This document shows, piece by piece, positions 52,537 to 64,000 of a stretch of 64,000 nt of DNA. Under the pieces are notes generated by a model, which saw only the letters and a list, made by a program, of their open reading frames with translations, ran no database searches and was not told the DNA's origin. The position numbers were made by a program, and so were the translations under genes. Where the stretch lies: NCBI GenBank assembly GCA_044892525.1, contig CM097885.1, positions 11,596,001 to 11,660,000 of the forward strand, given 5' to 3'. Position 1 is the stretch's first letter, and every line of letters begins with the position of its first letter. This DNA comes from Schmidtea polychroa (lineage: Eukaryota).

Positions 52537-53024
52537 TTAAACATGCATGGCAATGATTTAATTATAAGATAACGCCAATCAAACATTCTTTTCACGATAT
52601 ATTTTGACAGTTTTCCTGTCATCATCAGGTGGGATATAATAACTAATTAAATTGACGATTTTAAACAAATTTATTAATTATATATAATTTTTTTTTATTT
52701 TATCATTAAAATCATTGAATCCGAAAATGAATGTGCAGAATGCAATAAATACTTGTGTTTTGAGTGTTTTTAAATAAGTTTTTAAATAATTGTATGTATT
52801 GTATGTATTGATGTATGTATTGTATGTATTGATTAAATAATTAATAACAATTTTGAAATTATTAATTTAAAATTTGAATGCTAAAATTTTAAAAAAATAA
52901 TATATTAATTTAAGTATAATTTTTTAAAAATAATTAAATGTTTTTATAAAATAAAAAAAAATTTATATATAATTAATAAATTTGTTTAAAATCTTTAATT
53001 TAATTAGTTATTATATCCCACCTG

Positions 53025-53025
<1 letters not shown>
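52537..53025. mobile_element. Penelope-like 3'-end palindromic remnant with a mutated hammerhead (52593-52631, GAAA to AAAA)
   Basis: Near-identical to 11897-12060; inverted arms at 52627-52690 and 52960-53024. Confidence 0.7.
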
Positions 53026-53059
<34 letters not shown>

Positions 53060-53786
53060 TTTATTTATTTCATGGAAAATATTTTTAACTTCCTAAAATC
53101 TATATTAGAGCAAGTGTAGTAAGCGATATCTGTTTTATATTCGAGACAAGTATAGGGTTTCAATTTGAGGGGAAAATAATAATTAGTATAACTAATTATT
53201 TTTATATTTCATTTTGATAAATATTTTAAAATCATATTTATATAATCAGATTCATACAATTATATTTGTATAAAATGTTTACAAGGAGATTGAAATATTT
53301 TAAACTAATTTCTTTGTAAATAAATGTAATTATTTTATTGCCTACAACTTTTTTTCTGAAAAACTTTATTTGGAAATTTTTTAAATGTTCAGTACATTAT
53401 ATATACATTAAAATATAGATTAATAAAATAATTAAAAGAGCACAATTTATTCTGTAAATTTTATTCTGAAAATATTATTAAATCCAGAATAATATAATTA
53501 TTCAATTAATGTAAGATAATACCCAGACTAATATTATAATATAATAGATAATAATATAAGTAATAATATATGTTTAATTTTCATTATCCCAATTGGAATC
53601 AAATGTGATATTTGTTTTGGAATATGATCAGCAATATCAGGATACATTGTCGAAATACTATCTCGATAATCTTTCGCAGGCTGAAATTCATCATCAAATG
53701 CATTGACATCACTAATGAATTTGTATCCATTATTTGAGTTAAACCATTTAACTTGTTCACTAACTTCAGTTTGATTCATAATTTAA

Positions 53787-54124
53787 CCCGTTCGCTACCA
53801 ACCGTCATATATATGTGGCACGGCCTTTTACTACCACAGCCCAACGTCACACATATGTGACAGATATTTTTTCACAATTTTATATATTTTTTGGCTTATA
53901 ATCAATTTCTTCTAATTTAATATGACACGTGGGCCACGGTCTGTAGTTTCTATCTATATCCCAGCGTCACATATTTGTGTCAGTTTAAAAGAATACTTAT
54001 TTTAATTTATTGAACTGTTCTAAATACACATACGTAAAATCTATTCCAATTGATTTCGTATAACAATGAAAAAAAATTGGGCTATGGTGGATGTTTTCTC
54101 CAGAAGACCTTGGTAGCGAACGAG
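53787..54124. mobile_element. piggyBac-type MITE
   Basis: TTAA TSD on both sides; TIR C(C/T)CGTTCGCTACCAA. Confidence 0.88.
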
Positions 54125-54989
54125 TTAAATAATAAAAGACTCCGAAAAGGATTTATTTTTCAATATTAAAATTCAGACACAAAATCACACAAATAGAAAT
54201 CCAAATAGAAAAAACGAAAATCTAGAATTCCAGAACGAAACATAAAAGATTCCAATAACAATTAAAACTCCACTACTCGCATTAACACTAAGACAAGAAG
54301 AAGCCGTGTGCGCACACAGACTAGAGTAGTCAGAATATAATAATGAAAACTTTATAGTAACATTTATAGTAAAATATTTCTGGCTTAAAATATTTGCAGA
54401 CATAACATATTTTTAACTTTAAACCTCAAATTAACAGATGCTCACAAAAGTATAAAAAGATAGTTGATTAGTTTAACATAGTTGACTCTTTAACATTTAC
54501 AAAAATTTAAATAAAATTCAAAAATTGCTTTAATAAATAATTAAATTCATTAGTTTATTAAAGAAAAAGAAAATTTACAGAATATAATATCTAGTGAAGA
54601 AAATGTTTCAGCTTGGACGAGTATGATAATAAAATTTCATATAATCCAAAAAGCGGTAAAATTTATCCATAAGAGACAATACTAGTTTCGATTCAGCTAT
54701 GACCTTGGTGCCCAACCTATAGTTTTTCTCGAACAAATAAAGAATTTAAAAGTTTTAAGTGAGCCATATATAGGACGACGACCTTCTTTATTAATAAAAT
54801 ATCTTATTATAAATAAAAAACCAATAATATTACACTACTCTCGTTTATTAATACTCCTAATCCACTACAATTTAAATGCAATACAGGACAAATAATAATC
54901 AATGTGAAAAATGGCATTATATTTTCTCGGTAAACTCTTTTTGATGAATCTGACGAAGCATGTCGGGTTCATACTATAACAAAAACAAA

Positions 54990-55180
54990 CATATGATTAC
55001 TGGTTCCGGCGTTTTAAAAGTGTCGATTTTGACATTAATGACAAAGAACGCGAAGGGTGACCAGTAACGTTTGAAGACGTGGAGTTGGAGGAGTTATTGG
55101 ACCAAGATTCATTTTAAATGCAAAAGAAGCTCGCTGAAATATTAAGAGTGACACGACAATGCTCAGCCACATATTGCAAA
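54990..55180 (+). pseudogene. mariner (Mos1-like) transposase fragment
   Basis: WFRRFKSVDFDINDKEREG*PVTFEDVELEELLDQDSF*MQKKLAEILRVT, with internal stops. Confidence 0.82.
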
Positions 55181-55356
55181 TATCTTCAAGGAAACTTTGA
55201 AGGCGATTCAATGGGATGAACCTTTTAATGAATGAGGTCTTTTTGGTTATGGAAATAATATTTTCTTCATTTGTATTTATGTGAAATTTTCCTCTAGGAG
55301 TTCTTTTAATATATAATAATATATAAATTCTAATAATATATAAGTAATATATAATA

Positions 55357-56218
55357 CAGTAATACCCCGTGTTACGTACACTCGCACTTACGTACATCTC
55401 ATTTTTGTCCCCATTTGCCCATTATACGTACAATGATTCACACTTATGTACAAGTACTTTTTTTACTTACATTTTTTCTGGTTTTGCAATTTATGGAAAA
55501 AGAATTATATACTAGGATAATAAATTATGAATGTACACTTGTAACAACGTGTTTTTGTATGTGTGTACATTATTTTTATGAAACCTAAATTTTGTTATGG
55601 ACGCATATTCCTATTATTCAGAATTATACAGGGAAATGAAAAAACATAGTAAACAAACCTCTTTAAAAGATTTTTTTGCTACAAAAACTATATCACCTAG
55701 CTCAAAATCAAAAGAAAATCGGAATTTGGCATCCACTTCAGGAAGTCGCAAGACTTTTTCAATAAGTTCATCTACATCTCCTAACTCACCAGCAAAAAAG
55801 CGTTTAGCGGTTGATTACATCACTTATGAAGATGAAAATGATACATCATTCTCCACGTCATCGAGCAATTAAATTTGAATTACAACATTATTTATATTTA
55901 AATTATATATTGATGAATTTTGAAGTTTATGTTTATTTTTAAGTTTTGTTTAATATGTATGTATATGAATTTGTTTTTTGTTTTGTTTTTTTAATACACG
56001 TTAAGTATTAAATATAGTATAAAAAAGTATGAAATAAAAGTATAAAACTACATGCATAATATTCCTCTTTTTCTTTTTCTTTTTATTTATATATTTATTG
56101 TTTTAGTTTATTTCAAACATATTATTCATCAATAAAAGCAGTATATTCATTTTACGTACATTTTTGTTTTACGTACACGCTCCGGTTCCAAAGTGTACGT
56201 AAGTGCGGGGTATTACTG
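55357..56218 (+). mobile_element. Tigger-type non-autonomous element
   Basis: TA TSD; TIR CAGTAATACCCCG..TTACGTACAC; internal ORF 55597..55872 with Tigger-like C-terminal KQTSLKDFF. Confidence 0.88.
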
Positions 56219-56676
56219 TATGTGCTAATAAATGGTGTGAATGGCCAAGATTGAACCGTTGGTCATTATGAATGAGTCTCCCTGTATATTATGTACAAAC
56301 CGGTAATAAAGATACTCAATTCCATTTTATTGGGATCGTACTAATTTATTTACTTTATTTAAACAACTATAATAAATTGTTGCAATTAGAATATTAGAAT
56401 ATTAGATAAATATTTTTATAAACAACATGGAATATCATTTGTCTTGTTTAGATTTATTCAATAATTTTGAGAAATAAACTCAGCAGCAAATATAGGGAAA
56501 TGAGAAAATTACAATTTCCCTTGTTACACAGGCACAATTTCAGCAATAATTACGGTTTAGATTTGATGTCAACATTTTACTTAGGACAATTTTTAGATAT
56601 AATTGTATATAATTAATAAAAATGATTGATACCATTTCTTCAATAAATTAGTTAAAATGACAACCTATAATCAGAG

Positions 56677-56799
<123 letters not shown>

Positions 56800-56824
56800 G
56801 TCGTTATTATTATTATTATTATTG

Positions 56825-56886
<62 letters not shown>

Positions 56887-59800
56887 TACTTCGTTGAGTG
56901 GATCCAACGTAGAAGACTGATTGTAGAGGTTCTAAAAAGAAAAATATTTTTACTGGAATATCAAATTAGATTTTGTTTATAAAAATGACATAAACATATT
57001 ATTGAAAAGACATTTTACATTTGTTTTATTAACAGATAATATCTTATTCAATTACAGAATGTATATTAATAATATAATATGCATAAAATTATGGCTTGAA
57101 ATGGATTCGTTGTTTATTTATCTATATCAGAAATTAATTAAAATGTCATATAATTTATATTATGAATAAATCGAAAATTAAACGTTTAAATAAATTTTGT
57201 TTTTGCTTGAGACTCGGATTAAAAATTTCTCGTTTCCTACGGGTCTTTCAATGTTTAGTAATTAATAAAATGATCAACAAGAAACCAGATGGACACATAA
57301 TCAAATATTAGACACAAAAGGAATGGATAGGAAATTTGACACAAATATAGTGATTAAAATAATTATAAGAACTTTTTTTCAAATTTCACCACTGAATTCT
57401 ATTTCATTGTATTTATTAAATACTTGAAATAATTGTAAATATGTATCAAAATTTAAGTAAAGACGCCTAATCAATATATACAATATATATAATATACAAT
57501 ATATAATATATTTTGACAGAATCACTGTCATCGTCAGGTAGAATTGAAATTCAAACTATATGAATTTAAATTACTTTTTTTCAAACAAACTAATTCATTA
57601 ATCTTTTTAAATTATATTTTTTTAAATATCATAAAATTCTGTTTTCTCAAATCAAATTTTTAAAAATTTAAAAACTTTCAAAACTTATTAAAGTGGAAAT
57701 CAAATAACATCTTAATAAATTTTACATACAGTTGTGTTTACTAATAATAATCAATTTCTTCAGTCAATAGTGATCAAGTACTTGAGATTAAAGATGATGG
57801 ACAGTCATTCCTATGTAAGTGTTATTGTACCCATGACATAAATATTCATAACCAAACACAAAAAACAGGAATTAGAAACCACCTTACAACATTGAATACA
57901 CAACTTCTTGTTCAAAATCTTTACGCAAACATTATAACACTTCAAATACAAAAATGTGTTTTGATTTATAAACTACTGGGATATGAAAATAATTTATCTA
58001 AAGCTGGAATTTAAACATGAAAAGGTTATAGTTAGTTACAAGATAATTTCAAAACAACAAAACAATAGAATCTTTACTTCAATCATATCTCTCGTCACAT
58101 AATATTTTCTTCTTAATAATACTTATAATCCTACTACTATAATTTATTTTCTTCAATAAATTCAACATTTGATTTTATAGTCTCGCCGATTAGTGCTTTT
58201 GAATTGTACATAGGAGCAACAACAATGGTACACTTCATGGAGAAAGAAGTTGCGAAAACATAATTCTGTCAATGAAATAACCTAAATCTGGTTTATTTTA
58301 TTATGCTATTAGAGTCCAAAGGTTTAATATTTCTCTATTTGTCAGGTTCTATGAAAATATTTTTTCAGAGTTCTATTTTCTAACTTGGAATTAATTATAT
58401 GGTGCTGAGCATCCTCTTACATCCTCTTAACTTTGATTTTGTCTTATTTCCCAAAATACAATAACAATTTTCCTTTTTATCTTGTAATCTTTATTAATTA
58501 ATTTAATAATTATTTTTATTTGATAATTTATATTTTCTCAACAACAGATCATTATTATTAAATATTTAATAATATATAATTTATTCTAAATAAAATTAAA
58601 CACCTTAGATTTTTATGGTTTTAGAATTTATCACGCGTGTTATTCATAAATGAGACGCAATATTAAACAATAAAAAATATCTTCTAAAAGTCCAAACTGT
58701 CACGTTTCAATTTGTTTGAATTACATATCTATTATTAAATATTATTAAATTAATATAGGTTGAAGCCACGTTAAGCGTCGTTTTGTTATGTGTCATTTCG
58801 ATGTAAAAAAACATCTAAACGGTATTGAACCATGATCAAGCCATTTAATAAATACAATGTCAATTAAAAAGAAATCAGTGGTGAAAATTGAAAAAGGTTT
58901 TTATAATATTTTAATGGTAAACTTTAATTGGTTATTTTGTATACCTGGTGACGGTTAAAAATAAAAAAATAACAAAATAACAAAATAACATATATATTAA
59001 AGTAAAATATAATTTTATAAAGAACGAAAAAAAGAAAGAAAAAGAAAAGTTGCAATTACAGTCACGGAAGATATTGATGATATTAATATGAAAATTTGGA
59101 GGGGTTACCATATTGTGAAGTCAATTGAAAACATAGGATATTTTTCAGATGAGGTAACCCTTGAGTATAAGAGAATTTAATGGAGTAAATTATGTCCAGA
59201 ATGTACTACAGTTGCTAGCAAACATGAAAACAATAGAGTAACAATAAGTACAAAAGCAGCCGCTTTAACGACTGACATTGGTATGAAAGATATGGATATA
59301 AAAAACATGCACGAATGATTTGATTAATTAAATGAAACGAATATAACAGAGATTATATATCAGGCAAGATATGAAAAATAGAATAAAGACAACAGAGAAT
59401 ATATTACCAAGAAGAAATTAAGTGCAGAAATAATTACATATTCTATGGAACTAATTGTAAAGACAATGTATATTCTTAGTATCTATGATCTAGATTTGGA
59501 ATGAAGTAGTAAGTTTCAGAGAAAAGTATTTGAAAAAATAAGCTACTATAAAGAAATATACTGATTAAAGCAAAAACCAACAGTGCAATCTATTTTGAAC
59601 AATGTCTTAATTAAAAAACCTTATTAAATATTTTTCCTATGTATTAATAAATAAAGTTTTTTATTTATATATAAGTAAAACGCCAATCCAATATATATTA
59701 AACTACAATATATTTCGACAGATTTATCATAATTAGGTAGGATTGAAATTCAAACTATATCGATTTAAATTCCTTTTTTAAAACAAACTAATTGAATAAT

Positions 59801-60163
59801 GTTTTAAAATTATATTAAAATTATAATAATAAATTCTGTTGACAAAATTCAATTTTTTAAAGTTTTAAAAATTTTTAAATTTATAAAAGCCTAAATCTAA
59901 CAAAATCTTAATCATTTTTTCACATAATTGGGTTTCGGTATTATTATTCAATTCCTTCATTCGGTAATTATTTATATGATTAAATATTGTGTGATTATTC
60001 TTTTATAAAAGATAGAGTATATCTAACGTGTATATTTCCTTATACAAATAGTATATTGTATGTACAAAAATCTGAATTTTATAAACAAAATTCGTTATGA
60101 GTCATTTCAGTTGGCATCACGTTTTCCAGGAACGTAACCCTAGTGGAAACCGGAGTCCTAGTG

Positions 60164-60542
60164 CAGTGGTTCTCAATCCGTGGTTCTCAGTGTTCCACGA
60201 TTACGTTTCCAGTGTTCCGCAAAAAAAAGACATTTTATCTTTAAATTTGCATTTAAGATACATATCATCAAAAACCTCAATTAATTTTTTTATAAGATGA
60301 TTCAATAAGAAAGCAGTTACACAGATATATAAACATACAAATATAAAAGTGTTTTTATTGCTTGTTATGGTTGCGCGTGGTATTTTCTTTGCTTATAAGA
60401 AGGCATTGTTTACGTTTCCCACAGATTTATAGTAATTTGTGATTGGTCACTCATTGTGGGCAAGTATTTTTTTGTCAGTGTTCCGCTTAAAAAGATTCAT
60501 GTGAATGGTGTTCCGCGCTTTTATATTAATTGAGAACCACTG
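60164..60542. mobile_element. hAT (Charlie/Buster-type) MITE
   Basis: TIR CAGTGGTTCTCAA; 8-bp TSD TCCTAGTG/TCGTAGTG (7/8); subterminal GTGTTCCGC repeats. Confidence 0.88.
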
Positions 60543-62860
60543 TCGTAGTGTATTTAAAATAATAAAAAATAAAATATTTACTAAGATTACTTATTTCCAT
60601 TAATTTGCAAAAAAATATTAATTTCAACTGAATGATTACTGTTATGAAAATATTTAATTAATCAAACATTGGCAAAAAATTTAGTCTCAATCGGGAATAT
60701 TTTTTCCTTGAATAGCTAGGGTAAGGATAAGACAAAGAAGCCTATAATTTTTAAAGGTTTCAAAATGAAGAAATTCACAAACTATTTGTATCTAAAAAAA
60801 ATCTTTCTATGCTCTATTTTTATACCAACTGAGAAATAAATGGTTAATTATAAATTAAAAATATTAATTTTTAATTTTTAATTACAGTCTAATTATGAAT
60901 ATATTTGAGATCTAATAAATCAGGAGTAAAAATGTCGTCAATCGTGAGTTATCCTATTGGCATAAATTAAATTAAAGTACTTGTTTTTAATTCACCCATA
61001 AAAATTATTATTATTAATTTTATTAATTCTGCTTAGGGACAACTATACTTTCAGATCAAAGGGCTGCCTCTAATGGAATAGCACCACTCTATTAACTTCA
61101 TAGATGTAACGACAGGTGCATATACTCAACCGTGTTGAAAATTTGAATAGTTGAAAATAAATATTATTTGACAATGGATGAAGAACTTGATTAAATTTTT
61201 TAAAAAACGCAGAGGAACCTCCAAAAGAATATGAAATTTATAGCAAACGTAAAGAATTTTTAAACAAGAATTCAAACAAAAATTTAAACAAAAATAGGAA
61301 ATTGTTAATTTTGAAACGTATATTTTCGAAAGTAGCAGAAAAATGATTAACTAGATACGTATAATTTTCCATTGTTTTTATTTTTATTAAGTAATTTTTT
61401 TAAAAATAATTTTAAAAAAATATAGTTTTAACATAGTAAAAACGGCATACTTGATTTGATCAACATTTACAAGATCGTTTGAAAATTTTCAACGACATGC
61501 ATTCTATTTGAGGAAATACGGTAGATGACAAAAGTTTAAATGCATTAAAAGATACTTGAATGAATTAAATTTTTATATTTTGTTGTTTAAATATTTAGTA
61601 CTTTTGTAAGCGGAAATTGTGAAATTGTAATAATTTTGTTAATTTCTGAATCATTTTAAATCTATTAAAAATTAGAGGTTTCCTACAACAAAAGTTAACA
61701 TGTTATTTCAGATTCATGTAGGAACAGATATTGGGTAGTTGATTCAGTCCAAAAGATGCTGAAAGATGGTATATATTGTCTCAATCTTCATTTATGATAC
61801 TCTTCTTAAAAACTTCAAGAAACCATTTACCAAAAGTATTGAATCGACTAGTTAGATGTAGGAATAGCTTAGCCATCTGACTGTATTGCGCGCTGCTATT
61901 TTGATCCGCCCGCGTATGTGTGCGAAGTTGTAGTGGTTTCCGTGTCAAGCACACAGGCGCAAATAATGGATTTTGATGTAATTATTATTCCTAATTAATT
62001 GTTAGCTTTTAAATTTTTTGGAGGTTTGTTTTATTGAATCATTGTAAGTTTCGAGAAATTTAAAAGATTTTGGTTTTTAAAATAAAAATAAAATTGTGTG
62101 AATGGATTTGGAATATTTTTTAAAATCATTTTTGTATCATGTTCCTCAGAAGATATCAGACAATTTATGATTTCTACCGGATCAATTTTGTTGAAAAATA
62201 TAAACGAAAAATTCCAATTGAATCTCTTTATGAAATTAAATGATTTATTAAAATATCACGAGAAAGATATTTTAACTAACTTGAAATTTGCATTTTCTAA
62301 TCTTGCTAAACTTTTCATGTCATCTCACAATTCAATGAATGGCTCTATAGCTTTTAAAAATTATGATTATGTCTCATGGAAAATTAAAAATATTGTAAAC
62401 ACTAGTAACAACTTGGATGTGAGTTCAGAAAGTAAAGAATTATTGAAAATCTTTTCTGTTCAACTTCAGTTAAAATCACAAAAGTTACGAGACGCTGCAA
62501 AAGGTTGTTTGATTCGAGTTGTTGTTGTGAGTTCTGAAGCAGAAGCAATAAAAATTTGGCTTAATGTGTTAATTATTCTATTCAAGTATGCTTAATGTTT
62601 TCAGAAACACAGTCTAAAAGTCTTATTGCATTGGATTATTTATGCAATCGGAATCGATCCGTTGATTGGTCAACCGGAATTTGCTAGTTGATTAATTTTT
62701 AAACTTTATAAAACTTAATTTAATATTTTAATTAACCTGTATAATTAACCTCTCAGCAACAAAATGTTTAACTAATTTATAAATTTTTAATAAATCTATT
62801 TTATCTCTAATGAAATTAAATAAATTTAAAATAATTTAGCAAATTATCAAAATCTTTTAC

Positions 62861-63397
62861 CGCTTGAAAATAGAATTTCTCTGACCATAATCCATCGAGA
62901 CTGAAAATAGATATTAATTGACACGAAATGGCCTGTACGTTTCTTAAGATCTATCACTATCCATCTTGTGTCGAAATTCTCCCTGTCTTCCTTTATCGCA
63001 TGATTGATAGATTTTCCTCTATCAAATCTAAGCCCGTCAGAACTAAATGCAATCTCTACTCTTTTTGGGAGTGCTACTGATGCAGTCCGATAATTAGCAG
63101 CTCTTATACTGACATTTACAAATTTTCTATAATTAATAAATCGAAACAAAATCTGAATATTGTCAAATTTGAAATCGGAACGACTCCAGCCAACAAAGGG
63201 GCACGAAGACATGTTAAACGGATTATTGTCATTTTTCTCGTAGTCATGGTCGGTCAGTTTTCCTAGACCTGATTTCAGCATTCCCGTATGAAGGAGGACA
63301 CCGTCATATGATTGATCTGTAAAATATGGTTCTTTCATATTTTTTCCTTGGTCATAGTATAAACTTCCATCAACCATTTGATATTCTATGATGTTAT
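62861..63397 (-). CDS. DDR: DDR-like receptor tyrosine kinase, discoidin-like (DS-like) extracellular domain exon; more 5' exons lie beyond the window
   Basis: ORF 62847..63425 has DDR DS-like motifs (DQSYDG, SGLGKLTD, FVGWSR, ILFRFINYRKF, RWIMVREILFSS). AG acceptor at 63398-99, GT donor at 62859-60, 537 bp, phase 1/1. Confidence 0.85.
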
Positions 63398-64000
63398 CTA
63401 CAATAAATTTCATTAAAATCATCATCAGTAATAATTTTACATATAAATATGCTGTTATTCATTTTGAACATATTTTAAATGGAATCAAAAGAAATTGAAA
63501 GAAAAGTAATTAAAAAAACGGACGTGGTATGTCTTTTAAAATTTTAAACAAAATATGCCATTAATTAAGACATTCAATTAGAAAATATGTTAACTATGTG
63601 GTTAATAGAAATTTATTAAACATTTTTGACAGGCAAAAATAATAAATATAATTAAAATATCGTTTTCAAGGGCTTTACATTGTTTAAATGATTTTTAGTG
63701 TTTAAATAGCTAAAAGTTCATAATTTGAATTAATTTATTATTAATTATTTTCATTAACGAGTTCTTTTATTACTAATAAATAATTTTCAAATTTTCGTTC
63801 AAAAATAGGTTTATTTATTTTATACTTTTATATCTTACTGACAAATAATGAGTAAAATATTAAGTTAAATTTCATTTAATGATCTGCTATCATTTTTGGA
63901 TTTAGAATTTAGTATTTTATATATTAAATAAATTTATACAATATAAATTTTTTATTGAGGTTATTTTTATTTGGGAATATATCTCTTCAAACTTTACGTT

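Overview
Very AT-rich, microsatellite-laden eukaryotic DNA (short 54-nt intron, AAT/AT tracts; most consistent with a planarian flatworm, which is an inference). One host gene spans the window on the minus strand: a discoidin domain receptor (DDR)-like receptor tyrosine kinase with exons from 63397 down to the stop at 2942 and a divergent, possibly pseudo-, kinase domain. Its introns hold: (i) a young full-length Ty3/gypsy element (6096-11115, 294-bp LTRs, CTAAA TSD); (ii) Penelope-like remnants with three families of minimal hammerhead ribozymes; (iii) pogo/Tigger, mariner, piggyBac, hAT and MITE remnants; and (iv) a 17.56-kb element (27771-45329) with Polinton/Maverick termini (AGTAGTA...TACTACT, 6-bp TSD CCCGCG) nested in a pogo remnant. 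This element has no recognisable Maverick core genes. It is almost entirely a giant inverted repeat with 12 copies of an 80-100-bp motif and three copies of an RNA cassette: an SRP/7SL Alu-domain mimic closed by a 14-bp stem, facing a structured twister-ribozyme-like RNA. That cassette is the best candidate for an undescribed system. All calls are by eye; nothing was searched or folded computationally.
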